A stretch of DNA of 64,000 nucleotides from Haplodiscus bocki. Lineage: Eukaryota. Of this stretch, positions 1-13,600 are shown in pieces (the first letter of the stretch is position 1; each line of letters starts with the position of its first letter). A program made the position numbers and the translations under genes. The stretch is from positions 117,242,001-117,306,000 of the forward strand of contig OZ296648.1 in assembly GCA_965655095.1 (NCBI GenBank), in the 5' to 3' direction. The notes beneath the pieces are model-generated. The model made no database searches. It had not been told where the DNA came from and saw nothing but the letters and a program-made list of their open reading frames with translations.

Positions 1-3000
1 AGAGAATTAACATCGAGGATGTACTGAAATACTGTGAACACAAAACATAGCCACCCAAGGAGGAAACAAATTAACCTTATTTCGTTTTACCGCGAATTGG
101 AAAAAACACGAGTTCTCAGGGTTTACACTTTTATATGTATATTGACTGGCGAGTTAAGAAAACATTTCCAAATTTCATTTCGGAAGAGTTCGCAAAATGT
201 ACGAAAAGCGTCATCAACAACAAAAATCGTTTAACTCTATAAGTAGTTTGCAAAAAATTCCGAAGTCCTGAAAACTGTCCTAAATTATTTTGAAGCAAAG
301 AGCCTGAACAATTTTCAATGATTTTTACAATTTTCGAAACATAGTTCAGAAAAATATGCCCAAAAATTTTCCCGAAATTCAGAGGAAAACTTCCTTCACA
401 CATATAGTACTCGCAGCACAAACTTCTCACTTCAAAAAACTTTTCGTTGAAAGGTTACTTATCGAACATGTGCTTTTAATTTTCTTGTCATAATTTAACG
501 TCAACAAACGTTTTTTTGAAAACGTAAAAAAAACAAAAATGAAAATTCTCATTTTCTATTTGACTGGATAACAAAGGAATAACTGCCTGTTATCGCGTCC
601 CACTCCAATAGCATTGTAAGCGCTCATTGAAAAGATGCACAATTTTTTCATAAAGCTTCAGCTAGGAGCAGTAGTGGTTCATACACGTCCGCTGGTTGAA
701 AATGACGGAAGAAAAATTGTATATTTTTGGTGCTCTCGTTAAACTGTCGAGGTTAAATATGAAGAAAAAGCCTAAAGCTCCCAGTCCTTATAGGTCGAGA
801 CCTCAATTTTTTAAAAATTTCAATTTTACTCAATGAAAATCAGTCTACCAAAAATTAGTATAACGCCACTAGTTTTTCCACCGTAAGTTGCAAAAATGGC
901 ACATAATCGAGGAATAAACAAGAGGTATTGCAATTGTTTTTCGCAATTATGCTTTCGGAAACAGATGTCAAAGTGGCGGATTTTAGATATGAAGAAAATG
1001 TGCCTTACCTAGTCTAAGGAAGCCCCTATCTAGGGCTTAAACCTTTTGTCTTACCCTCTAGAACAACGGACCGAGTAGCAGAAAAATCGATTGGTGGTCG
1101 AACCATAATAATACAGAAAACACTCAAAAATTGAACTTTGTCGAAAAACCCGAAAATCGGACGCATCCCCGAAAAAAAAGTTGACAATAGCTAGTTTCGA
1201 GCCCGAATCTACGGCTTGAGGACTCTTTGTCCCACCTTTTAAACCACCGGGTGTTTCTAGAGTACCACTTGGAAGCGTCGAATTTTCTCAGAATTTCATC
1301 GGTTTTAGAGGTCTTGAAAAAAACAAAACCCCTGTAATAGTCGAGAACTTTTCTTCAAAAAGCGGCGACTAAAAATGAAATCATGTCCAAATTGGATCAG
1401 TTGACCAATTGACCAAATTTGAGGTTTTTGTATGAACTAATAAACTATAAACCTTTCAGATAAAAATTTGCAGCTTTGAATCTTGCTCACTACCTTGACT
1501 CTTGATTTTTTCTGGAAAATGAAGTCTTGAAAAGTTTACGTTACTTAGGTGTAAAGATTTTTCTATGCATTCAGTTGAAAAAATCTTTTTCGGAGTTCAG
1601 GTATCAGAAAATTGTCAAAGCCAAAAGTTCAAAGCTGAAAATGTAAAGCTGAAAATGAAAGATTCAAAGCTGAAATGTAAACGGTGCATACTTATTTTCT
1701 ACTTCCTTTGAGGGTTGAATTTTTTACGTTTTAATACATGGATAACAAGAAATCACAGTCTTGGAAGGACAGAAGGACAATCGTTTTGAAAAAAAAAAGA
1801 AATTTGGGTCAAATTTTCTTATCATGGCTTCGGGTGGATTCGAAGTCTCAATCGAGCCCCTCAAAACGATTCATCCATTTAGTCAATCAAAAATGACAAA
1901 AAATTCCCAAAATGGGGGAGCCTCTCATACGCTGAATATTGCTCTGATTTTCACCAAACGAAAATCTTTGTGGTCTTATCAAATTTCCTAGAAAATCTAC
2001 TACTATTTTTTCTAATCCTTTCTACTTTTTTTCTAATCTTTTTAGTTTGAGCTTCAAAAACGTCAATTCCTCTCAGTTCACTCAATTAAAATTAGTACTG
2101 CTTGTAACAAACACTCAAGACCTTGCCCCTTGAATTCAGACAACTATCAAAATATTTCATATATTTTGTGGTCTTCTTACAGGAAAAACGATTCTATTCT
2201 ACCACTGTTCAAAATCGATTGACCTAAAAGACATTCAAGAGATAAGAACAAATTAACTTTTAGTTGATGCGTATTAGCACAATTGTATTTGACTTCCCCG
2301 GCCTATACAATCAGTAAAGCAGGCTCGTTATATCCTCTTGGACTGAAAATGAAAATACCACCAGAATCCGTTTTTTTCAAAAACAAACTGAAAAGGCTAT
2401 AAAATATAGCTGATAGCACAAAACAAAAAACTAGTAATCGAGAAATTTTATTTGATAGTATTATTTGTCATAGAACACTCCCAAAATCAACGTCATCAGT
2501 AAAAAAACATTACGCGTGGCCGCCGCAATGATGTAAAACTAATTTGCAAGAGGGCGATTTCAAACCCGGCTAATTGGAACAACTGCTTAGCCCATACTAG
2601 AAATAGCCCAAAACTTGCATTAGACCTATATATGCTAATGAGGTTAATTAGTCATTAGAGTTGATACCTTTGGTGCAACTCTACCCCTTTTGAACAAGTC
2701 ACGTGATTGATTGTTGAGTTCAAACAGGCACTTGTAAGTCATAGCCACATTTTGTGATAATTATTGCGCAATTATGGCCCCTAGGGCCGCGTGGAATGTT
2801 CCAATCAGTGGCGGGTTTGCAATCATCGAGTGTTTTCGCCAAGAAAATAGAAATTGCACCCCACTAAGTGAAAGAGCTCCGTCAACTGTGGCAACAACTG
2901 AAGCTACAGTAGAGGCATTGACTTCAAGTGACATCGATATGGAATGTTGGATTTGTTAGAAGACATGATCATTAACCAATCACTTTCAAGTCCATCACCT

Positions 3001-4053
3001 CTCGCTACTAAGACACTTACAATATTATTCCCTTATGTGTCGAAATTGTCTGCAAAATATCGGAATGGGCCATGTTTTCATGATTTGACAAGTTTTTTGT
3101 TGCAAGGCGAAGTTTGCGAGTGGAAAGGCTTGAAGAAAATTAAAAGTAAAAATAAGCACCCATTTTAAGAGAAGAAAATAAAGGGATTTGCTAGAGACAG
3201 CGGGCACTAATATGGGTTAAGGAGAAGGGGGAGGTAGAAAGAAGCGTGAATAAACTAGCTAATTATTTATTTCAAATTATATCTGAAGGCGAGGTTAGAA
3301 TTAAGTGACAAAACAGAAAATGTGGCCTGGTGAGAGGAATGTCGCAACCGTCTATGGAAAAGACTGAACAAGCGGCATTCTACATAATAATAAGCATGGA
3401 TAAGTAAGTATACGAGTATCACCTCAGCCATTCTGTTATTTACGTTTTTGAATTATTGCGCAATAAATCAATACAAGGTTTGTTTGTGACCTTTGTCAAA
3501 GACCGTAGTGTCAAAATTAAGAGCTGTCACAGGAGTGAGAGAAATAAGTACACTTGAGATTGCGTTGAACTGTATGTAATTAATAATCTACCTCAAAGCT
3601 GAAAATATATAACATCAAGTTCTGTAAAGTTGAGAATAAGGGTCTCCTCCCAAGAGAATTAGGTAAAATTACGTGAACCGATAGACAACAATTTGGCTTG
3701 GGTTTATGATAAGATCTCGATGCATCACTAATTTCAGCTGCTCTAACTCTTCACTGCAAGAGTTCTTTCTCTATTGATTAACGAACTTTCTTCCGCTTAT
3801 CAAACGACAAAGGCGAGGCAAGCGATAATTATATCACGCTCAAAGCAGCAGCAACATCCCCAAATTCAGCGCCCATGGTCAAGACGCATCCCCCATTGAT
3901 GATCCCATTTCGCATTTATGTTCCATTGAAGACGATTTGTTGTAGAATAAACATACTAAGAAGCATTTTGTCAAGGAATATGTTTGAATAATACAAATAG
4001 AGGTTTCAGTTTCGATATGGATAAGGGTGGCAAAAAAGAAAATAAAGCCACAG

Positions 4054-5658
4054 TTATACTGCAGCTACTGTCGTCGCAGTTGGGGTGAGCTCCGCAGGTG
4101 AATCAATTCCCAGCGGAGGTGTCAATGGTTCCTCTTTGAAGCCATCTGCACTGCTGGGAGAAAGTTCCGGACTTAGAGCTGAGTTACCGTTTGTGCCACT
4201 TGTTGAGTTGTTTGAACTGGTAGGCGATACAGGTGATAATGTACTGTTGGTTGTCGTACTTCCGTTAGGAGATGTTTTCGTCTGTGTTAGCAATCGGGCT
4301 GATCTACTCGTATCAATTCCATGCTTGATTTTAATATGGGCAACCAGTTTGTCTTTGCGGTAGAACACTTCTTGACAGTAACTACAGGTATAGCTGTGCA
4401 CTTTCAAATGGAAATGGTTAAGATGGCGTTTCATGGTGCTTTGACTGGCAAAGTCTTTAGAACAGACAGTACAAGGCCACGTTTGTTTCGGAGTACCGTT
4501 TGAATTCAACGTTGAACTTTTCATAGGGCTCGTCAAGTTAGGCGACTTGGAACTGTTCTTCTTTGCATTAGGTGTTGTCGTGGAATAGTTCGGAGAATCA
4601 GACGAGTTTTTGAATCCGTTCAATGAGGGCACTTTGATGCCGCCGCATTTGTTGGGAGAGGCACTGTAGCTTAGACTGGATTTGGTAATGTTGTTGTTAT
4701 TGCTAGCAGTCGAAGGCGGCGATATGCTTGCAGCAACATTATTTTGAGAGTGATTATTCAAAGGGTAAGTAGATTGCGATAGCAAAGAAGACACCAACAG
4801 AGGTTTCACTGAACTAAGGTCTTGGGCCGACACAGAAGAGTTGTTGTTGTTGTTGCGCAAGAAACTGTTTGATAGATTCAGCACGGCTGAGTCGCACGCA
4901 GCTGCAATTGTAGGCGTGACCACTTTAGGAGCAGCCGGGTAGATAGGTCTGTAATAGTTAACGGCCACGGCTTTTTTCGCCAACTGATCAGATACAGCCT
5001 GGAGACTTTTTCTTTTCAAACCATGTCTGTGTGCGCCATTCTGAAAACCATTGCCCCTTCGATGGTTTGAATATTGGCCGCCATTTACATCATTTTCGTT
5101 CGGACTAGGAGTTGAACTCTTCAAATTCTCATCTTCATTTTCGGTTTCTTCACTTTTGAACTCCCCGTTGCAATAGTACATGGTTTGTGACAAAATTTTG
5201 GTCGGAGGTTCAGGCAACAGTTCTGATAGAAGAGTGTTAGAAGGCGAGGAACATCTTCCTGAGCTGGCTCCGCTAGGGTTAGAGTTGTTGGAATTCACAG
5301 AGACTCCATTACTGTTTATGATGTCACTGACATCTGACTTGATGAACTCGGTGTAGGAAGGCGTGTTGGAGAAGGAATGTGCTCCAGTGGAAGTATGGAA
5401 GCAATTGTTCTTTGCAAAAGAGTCCCATTTATGGATGATGGCTCTGCCAGCCGCTCCGTTCTGTTGAAGTGTGGATGAGTCATCAAAGAATTTGGCAGCT
5501 GGCCCTGGTGACGTGTAAGCCACCACTGAATGTGACTTGGATGATTGATATGCTGATAGAATGACAAAATGCATGTCGTACTCTGAGCTCAAAAACTCCA
5601 CTGTTTTCTTCAGCAGAAAAAAAGCATTGTTGAAACGTTCTTCGTCGCAAAGCGCCAT
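4054..5658 (-). CDS. C2H2 zinc-finger transcription factor (2 fingers), intronless coding region, ~534 aa
   Basis: This is the only long uninterrupted ORF (547 aa from 5697). It has two tandem fingers, CTVCSKDFASQSTMKRHLNHFH and CSYCQEVFYRKDKLVAHIKIKH, flanked by S/N/T/P-rich low-complexity regions, plus a basic patch (GLKRKS). The second Met (MALC, 5658) lies 14 nt after a polypyrimidine-AG acceptor, so it is the likelier start; 5697 is the alternative. Confidence 0.9.
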   Translation of the reverse strand: MALCDEERFNNAFFLLKKTVEFLSSEYDMHFVILSAYQSSKSHSVVAYTSPGPAAKFFDDSSTLQQNGAAGRAIIHKWDSFAKNNCFHTSTGAHSFSNTPSYTEFIKSDVSDIINSNGVSVNSNNSNPSGASSGRCSSPSNTLLSELLPEPPTKILSQTMYYCNGEFKSEETENEDENLKSSTPSPNENDVNGGQYSNHRRGNGFQNGAHRHGLKRKSLQAVSDQLAKKAVAVNYYRPIYPAAPKVVTPTIAAACDSAVLNLSNSFLRNNNNNSSVSAQDLSSVKPLLVSSLLSQSTYPLNNHSQNNVAASISPPSTASNNNNITKSSLSYSASPNKCGGIKVPSLNGFKNSSDSPNYSTTTPNAKKNSSKSPNLTSPMKSSTLNSNGTPKQTWPCTVCSKDFASQSTMKRHLNHFHLKVHSYTCSYCQEVFYRKDKLVAHIKIKHGIDTSRSARLLTQTKTSPNGSTTTNSTLSPVSPTSSNNSTSGTNGNSALSPELSPSSADGFKEEPLTPPLGIDSPAELTPTATTVAAV

Positions 5659-5672
5659 CTTTTTTGTATTCA

Positions 5673-5686
5673 CTAAAAAACAAACA
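5673..5686 (-). promoter_or_regulatory. Putative 3' splice acceptor upstream of the zinc-finger start codon
   Basis: Minus strand reads tgtttgttttttAG|tgaatacaaaaaagATGGCG. Confidence 0.55.
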
Positions 5687-8600
5687 TCTTCAATCATTAT
5701 AATCCAATTGAAAAATCAAAAACATTGATTTTAACTGACAACTTTTAGTTATACACAAAACATTACTTGATGGATTAAATGCATTTTTTGCATATTTCAC
5801 AAAAACCATAAACTGAGTTTACCACAAATGGAGCGGCTGTGTTTTTTAACCGAAAAAGTTATCAAAACCGATATAAAAAACCTGGAGAACAAAGAATGTG
5901 GTGACTCCAAAGTCCCGTAGAAAATCATTCCATACAAACCCTTGAATTAATTCGCGTGAAAGCTCTTTTAGTTTCGTTGGCAATTAAGTAGCTCGAGGTT
6001 TTTGTAGTTTAACTAAATTTGAACACTAGTTTTTACAAAGCATGTGTTTTCTTCAGAACAAACAAAAATGATAGCAAGAAACAGTTTGCAAAAGATGATT
6101 ATATTTCATCTGCTAAGCGTGTAGCAACGACAAAACAGCAAGGCTTCAATGCCCGCCCGAATACTTTTCACGCTTATGGTTAAAAATTCGTGAAGCGTCA
6201 CTCGCAGTCTCTGCACTTAAATGTGCATGCACCATCAACGTATGTTAGGTATATTTGTTACATTAAAACATGTCAAGCTTATTCTAAACAAGACGCAACG
6301 TGCGAGCGAGCGGTATTTTGGGCCAAAATATGATGCATTCAAAAAAGCCTTTCTGCGCTGTGAATATTATACAACGCACAGGGCCATCAGTTCGACAGAG
6401 CGAAATAATTACGCAAAAATGTTTGAAAAACGGTACAAGCCGAACGAATCAAGCAAGACGTGGCATTACAGAATCAATTACGAAATTTTTGAAGGTGAAT
6501 TAATGAGCATATTTCTGCTTTCATCTGAAATAAGTCGCTCCCGCGCTCCCTGATAAATTTGTCAACAAAAACCCAGCGGTACCTTCGTTAATATTTAACT
6601 CTGATTTCTTTCTAAGCAAAATTTCGCTGACTTTTAAAGCCGTTTGGCCGAACGCAAACATTTCAACAACGTTTATATCAACCAAAACTTTATCATTGTA
6701 CCAAAACACAAACTATATCATTTGTGAAAACTAGAAAATCTAATAACATAAAAAAATATTTCAGGAAGAAAAAAGTCTCAAAAAAATAATTAACGAACAA
6801 ACCTTTTTTCAAAGCTTTTGTGAATCAAGATGTGATGGATTTATATATAATATGGGGAAAATGATTATAATTGAAAGGGTTATTTATTTTTAGTTGAGGA
6901 TATTCTAGGCAAAACTGGGCAACTTGTATCGATTAGCGTAAAAAATGATAGTAAGAAAGTAGACGCGTAGAGGGTGCTGTACTTGGCTTTTCAACGTGTT
7001 GTCGCCGACAACTTGTCGGCAACATATTTTATCCAATGGCGTTCGTCGCCTCATTGAGAACATATGCGTAAACAAGTGCTGATCTGTTTTATCCTATTCT
7101 TAATTACGTAATGTGTTCATTACGCGAGCGAGCGGGTTGCGTGATACAGAATGAAGAGCGTTCAATACATTGAATGCATGGGCAGCCAACTGTGAAGCGC
7201 AGCGGATTGCGAATATACGACGAGTCGTTCCCGACTAGCGCAAGGCAAGGCAATAGCGCCGCCGACAACTACGAGGCGAATCAAGTCACAGCAGGCCCAG
7301 GCCATATGATACAAAAATGCGTCATGCTAGGACTGCTGCGTACTAAGTTATTACGTCATACAGGCTAGGCTAAGGCAAAATTGAGGCACGGGTGACGACT
7401 GTGACCACCAAATGTCGTGTAATAGAGCCCGTCAATCGATTGCAACAGCCTACTTGGGACCAAGTACATCGGATTCGATAGGATACCCCTTTTAACACGC
7501 ATAGATAGATTCACTAATAAATCGGCAGGTAGGTAGGTGAAAATGCTGCACTTATTGACTAACAAGAACCCGACTAGCCTACGGCTCAGAAGCAGTATTT
7601 TAAGGTAGAAGCATTAAATCGATAGTTGTCGGCCTAGTAGGAAAGAAGGCATAACTACCCGCGTGGCAATTAGGGGTCAATTAGAGACATGACCAGGGTA
7701 TTAACATAATAGAACCTTTGTCGGTAATATTCTTCACACATGAAATGTAATGAAATCAATAAATATCGGTAATTGGCATTTAGAGCAGGAAATTGTAGCC
7801 CTCAAAGAAGGAAAAGATTTTCACCTGATCGACCAGCCTTGACTAATGATAACCTCTATATTTGTCGAAGTATTTGCCAATCAACAGGGCTTTCGCGTAA
7901 ATTAGAACAATCAATAGTCAAGATTTCAAATAGTCAAATCGAAGATCGCAATGACAAACTTTTGGGATCTACAATGATAAAGGTTCCTTTCTTTTCTGAC
8001 ACTACTGTATGCACACTGTAACGTGTTCGTTGAGCAAGTACGCAGCGAAATGAAAGTTTATAAAAAATAACGATAACCTAATCTTGTGTATCTAATAACC
8101 CTCAAGATTGAATTTTCCAAAAATCACAACAAGACTAGGAAATGGATCAGATGATAACGAATTGAATGCATATGCGACCGGGCAAACAAGTGTTTAAAAT
8201 ACATACGATTTGAATAGTACGAAGTGTTTACAAAAGCGAAGATGCAAAACAAAACCACATGTTTATTTCAAGTAGGACTTAGTAGCATAATTAAATGTCA
8301 CTTTAGGAGCAAGTTTGTGTAGTGGGAAATTCCCCATCGTATGCAGGTTACATATATGTTTGCCGTCGCCCTGCTGCATAAGAAAGTTGGAGACACTTCT
8401 GAAATGGTAGCGGTAGATGACAATGATAAAAAAAGGCACTCCTGAAATGGTAGCGAAAATGATTAGGAAGTTGCAGATGGGCAATGTGGCTGTACACAAT
8501 TGGGACAACCACCGAGTCCAGTTAAACAACTTACAAGGATGGTGCTGTTACAGGGGAGTATAAGAAGGAAGCTGTAAAAGTATATGAGTATGTTATATGC

Positions 8601-9266
8601 ACGATGTAATGTATGTGGTACTACTGGTATGTTATCAGATGCTAGCGCGGTGATATTTGGGATCCTTGGCAAGGAAATCCCAAGTTGGAAGGCAACAAAA
8701 AGAGAGCAACTCGAATTATGTGGCTCAAATTGATGAAAATGCGGCAAAATTGTGCAGATTGTAGAGGGAGAGAAGGAGACGAGATATAACATGAACAGAC
8801 TGGTACTTCCCGCTGAAGTTGAACAGGCCAGCCAAAAAGCAAAATAAATTCAAACACAGCTTGTGCTGCCGTTCGACGAACCTCCTCCCTTTTGTTCCCT
8901 GCGCTGGCTGGCCTGCAATAAAAAGAAGAGAAATATATGAGACAAAACCAGTGGTACCACCGCCAGCACCAGCAACACAACCAGAGTAGCCGTCGTATTA
9001 GCCAGGCTAAAACGCGAGAAAAGGGAAGATGGGATTCGATGGATCCAAACAAGAGAGCCAAGTCAAGTGGAGCGATGAAAAAAAGAGTCAGACATGAATG
9101 AACGAGGTTCAAGCCAAACTAAAGCAACAAACAACAGTGCCTTCCCGAGAATACAAGTACTGGTAGCAACAGCGACGTGAGAATTCTAGAGTGGCATAGT
9201 ACCGGTACCGGCGGCAGTATTGGCCTTCGTAGCTATTTTCAATGGATGATAGTAAAGAATGAATAC

Positions 9267-9286
9267 ATATATATATATATATATAT
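9267..9286. repeat. (AT)10 microsatellite
   Basis: Read directly from the sequence. Confidence 0.95.
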
Positions 9287-12200
9287 GCATGAACATGAAT
9301 GATGAAACAGTAAAAAACCGACGACTTTCACGACTAAAAATGCCTGCTTTCATATCCCATCCGCAAGCCTGGCTTTCTGTCCTTATCTCTCATTTCCCGG
9401 TTATTCATTATATTTTTGCAAGCAATGAATGGTTAAATATATTTACGTCCCGTGTCAAGGCTGTCGCCAGTGAGTTACAACATAGTAGCTTTTTGTCAAA
9501 AACGTCATCTGTTCTCTTGACACGAATGTGCTGTTATGCCGGCCAAAACCACGAACAGAACAGAAAGGCTACTGCTGTGAAAAGAAATCTGGTATTTTTT
9601 CTTGGACAACACTCAACTACTGTTACACAGATTCTACTACTGCTGCTAATGCCTACCAGTGCCAGAGCATATGGGACTGGACTATACCAGACCGGACTGG
9701 ACCTAATTTCGCCTGGATAGATCATGTTTTGACATGTTTCGCCACCAAGCACAACAGCACTCTTTGCCTGTCAGGCTTTCAGGCAACCGGCCACCCCCAC
9801 TTTCGTCTCCTGCCTGGTGGCTCCAGAGCGTCCTCCTGACATTTGGCTATCCATCACTTCCTCTGTTTCTTTGGCCTGCGATGCCACTACAACAGTTTCA
9901 GTCATTGATGTGTTGGCAGAAGAATCACCGCGGTCTATATCCGCCAAACCGGGACAACAGCGCCACGAAGAAAAAATGAAAAGCGTAGGGAAGCATCAAC
10001 GAACAAGGACGGCAGTGTTGGTTGCGTTCGTTGGCAATGCTTAATCATTGGATTGAGCTGAGCTGTCGAGGCTTCTCGTGCCTACAGCCGCCATTCTTAA
10101 GTCTCATGCATCTTTTCAATGCTCGAGTATTTGAACAGTATAAAAGATACAATGGACGACTAGAGGGAAAGTGAACAAGTGCATTCCAACATCTGTTGTA
10201 GAAGTGTTCCCCCAAACAACAAACGTATATTCATACATACACAAATGTTGTTCCTTACAAGCAATCATTAACTATGCATGCAAAAATACCCAACATCTTA
10301 CATTGAGTCATGCTTCGATTTCCCCTATCAGTCAGTTTTCAATTTTTCAATTTTGCAACACTTTGAGTGCTTCGCAGTGAGACAACGCGAAGCATAACGT
10401 TGAAATAAAAAGAAGTGATAACGAAAGTCCACTATATTTTTTGTATACTAAAAAACAACAAGACTGAAAAAGTACAGGGATAAATTTTCAAAATTCTACT
10501 AACTTTTGATAACGCGTGAGGAGAACAGCCGCTTTGAGAGTTGTGGAACTATCTGTGGGTTATATTCGGAGAAATGAAATTGGGAACTGTTTCTACCCGC
10601 TCCTAAGAGGATAAATTAAGTATGCAACTGTGTGCTACTTTCGCCTGCTATATTTCGTATCTATGGCAACAAGCTAACCGACTGGAAGGCGAGACGGGAC
10701 AAATTAGTCGTGCTTCTCGTCCTCGTCAAAGAGGCCAGGCAATTTAAACAAGGCAAATACTGAGAAGAGCGGAGCGGGTATTGAGGCACGTAGGCATTAA
10801 TGGTACTGGTAAGTAGGTAAGGTTGTAGGTATGTAGGTAGGCAGAAGGTTGTTAGGTGACGTATATCATGGTGTGCTGTGGTCAGGTTGGCGCGACCGCG
10901 GTGGCCGTGGCAAACGGAGGCAGCGGATTTGTTGGTAGTTCTAGTCGTGGTTCCTCGCTGCTGCAGTTGCCTGCCTAGGCTTGCTTAATTTGGGACAGAT
11001 TTTGGGGAGAGAAGAGAGAGTGAGCATAACACACGACAATTAGGAGAGAAAGAGGAGAAGTATAACTGGGAGGCAGGAATGGCCAATAGAAGGAAGCCCA
11101 ATGGTAATTCAACTCAACAACAGCAGCACGGCCGCCGCCACAACCAACAACGCCTGACTCCCCACCAAGCCAAGCAGAGAGAAGTACCAGCACAGAAGAG
11201 AACAGAGCAAAACAGAAGTAAGCTGTATGGCGTGGTGCTGTTATTGAGTTGAGTTCAGAAAAAGGTGGTGGTGGTGGTAGTAGTAGAGAAAGAAGGTTGG
11301 AGCAGGTAGCAAGTAAGAATAACCTCGAATGCGACCACCAGGACAGAACCATCGTGTACCATATCTAGTTCGTTAGTTGGTTGGTGGTCGTGTTGGTGCT
11401 ACCAAAGTTGCCTTACCTCGCCTCGTTAAGGCTGTTTACCAATTATGTTAGCCTACCAATTGCAGGGGCAACCAAGGGCATATCACCGCCTAGGCACAGG
11501 GGGCAACGAACAGACTGTGGAGGAGGCGACGTTGGCGGGTGTGAACCAAGGCAACTGATGACAGCCAATAGCGTTTGGAAAAAACCAAGAACAGGCGAAT
11601 CAATGAAAGCGCCAGGAAACTGCCGCCAACACCGCGCAGTCAGCACCGTTGTCGCCTTGGCGTCAACAAAACACGAAAAAGTAGGCACAGCGAGGCAAAC
11701 TATACTAATATAGTGCCATGTATAACAGTTCTATCTCGGTCTGCGTGCACTCTACCCCCTTGCTTGAAAATTTCAGAGTAGTTTCTTATGAAAACGACGA
11801 CGAGCGGTGTTGGAGAAAGTGGAGGAAACAGGGGAAATTATAACGAGGGGCATGTTAGGGAAAGCAAAATATTTGGGATTACAGTCGTGCTGGTGGCGGC
11901 GGCGAAAGTGTCTAACGTCGGGCGGCATGACAAGTGGCCTCTTCGTTAATATCTTAGTAAGGCATATTTATAACAAAGAACTAGGCGCAGAGGTAGAGAA
12001 AAGCTTAGGTTAGCCTGAGAGGAGAGGCGAAGTGTGAACATATTACAGGGGAATAAATATCATCGCTTTCTTGTGTTCGGTGGGTGGTTGGCGGGCGGGC
12101 GGGCGACTTTGTCAGATCAGGCAAAAGGCAACATTGGTGGTGGCAGTGGCTTCACCCGACTTGGCAACTCGATTCAGGCACAAGACTTTGCAGAAGGCAT

Positions 12201-13600
12201 TGAGCAGAAGCAAGCAGTTAAGAAATGCACCCAAGCAAGCACAAGGCGGTAAGGGAGAGGCGAGGCAAACGTAGTCGAGACATGCCAACATATGATTAGA
12301 CAGGGAATGGGCAGGGCGACTTGGACAGGGAAGGCTGCTGTAATACCGGACCGGACGCATAATGGGTCAGATTACTACAGCGAGAAATAAGAAGCTCCTG
12401 TAGCAGCCGATCCCCCCGAGAGAAGAGCCAAAAAGGGAGACACATACGTACGTTGATAGGTAAATAGAGGAGGAGGGCGGATGGCAGCCCGGGCAATGCA
12501 GAGAGGCGGACAGGGGGAGGGGTGGGTTATATATAGAGAGCAAAGAGGAGACAACTACTACGATAGGTCTCCGGCTCCATATATAGGGAGGGTACAACAC
12601 AATACAACATAACACGTACCCCGAACAAGCACCGCAACCGAGAGGCATGGAATGGCACCAGCGGGCACTTTTGTTCAAAGTTGGCTCAGTTGTTATTCGC
12701 TATTCGAAACACCTATATATGTCTATGTATATGTGCCTCTGCCATCATATACCTCTATACCTCGTTCTCCTGTTTCTGTCTGTTTTTATATCTAGGTGTT
12801 CATCAATTTTGCAACTATCCAGTAGAGTTGCCCACTGCTATTTATTTAACAACATGATAGTGATTATGATCACGTGATATCATGGCACATTAGCATTAGT
12901 CATAATTCAACATCCACAAGTAGACGACTCCACCTACGTAATGGCCCTCTTCACATCCACATAGTCACATTTCTCCATCTCCTCTTACTTCATCCAACTT
13001 TTAACCGTTCGCATAATTTTCAGTTGCCCTCAAAAAAAGCACTTCGTATTTCCTACCTGATACTAACCATGCAATGATGAACAATAACAGTAACAAAATG
13101 CCAATACACACAAAAAAAAACAAAATTAACTTCAAAATTGAATAAAATCTGAAAATCTGACTTTTATTCAGGCTCGTATGAAAATCAGATTCAAACACAG
13201 AGTTTAAAAATGTGAAAATTCTTAAAATATGAATATAGTCCTTGAAAACGATATTGAAAAGTGCAAAAAATGATGTGCAAGTATACAAATGATTTTAAAA
13301 AAAACTAACATAAGAAATGAATGTTGTAGACTATAATCGATGCTTCATCAATCCACGAAAAAAAATGACAAAAACATTGAACGCACTTCGTAAGTAAAAA
13401 TCAGTACCAAAATTCGATTTAAAATGCAACGATAGTTGTGCAATCACATTAGTGTCCTATTCTCAGTTTCTTCGGAGCGTACAACCAAAAAATATAGCCT
13501 TTGCACAAAACATTTCTTTCTCAAGCAACACCGTAAACGCACCTAGGAAACGGTTACACATGTTGCACAACACACGAGCTCATCAAAGTTGGCGCACGAC

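Noticed and set aside
4054-5697. Host zinc-finger gene as the source of the pPolB zinc fingers
   Set aside because: The similarity is limited to the generic C2H2 pattern; no specific sequence match is visible.
6221-6553. 110-aa ORF divergent from the zinc-finger gene
   Set aside because: No recognisable motif, and the length is within chance expectation.
10657-10670. RFX X-box-like motif GTATCTATGGCAAC
   Set aside because: About one match to this degenerate consensus is expected by chance in 64 kb.
8263-12678. Many 60-156 aa ORFs with hydrophobic, membrane-like translations (also 21536-22204, 222 aa)
   Set aside because: They arise from purine/pyrimidine strand bias in non-coding islands and overlap on both strands with no domain signal.
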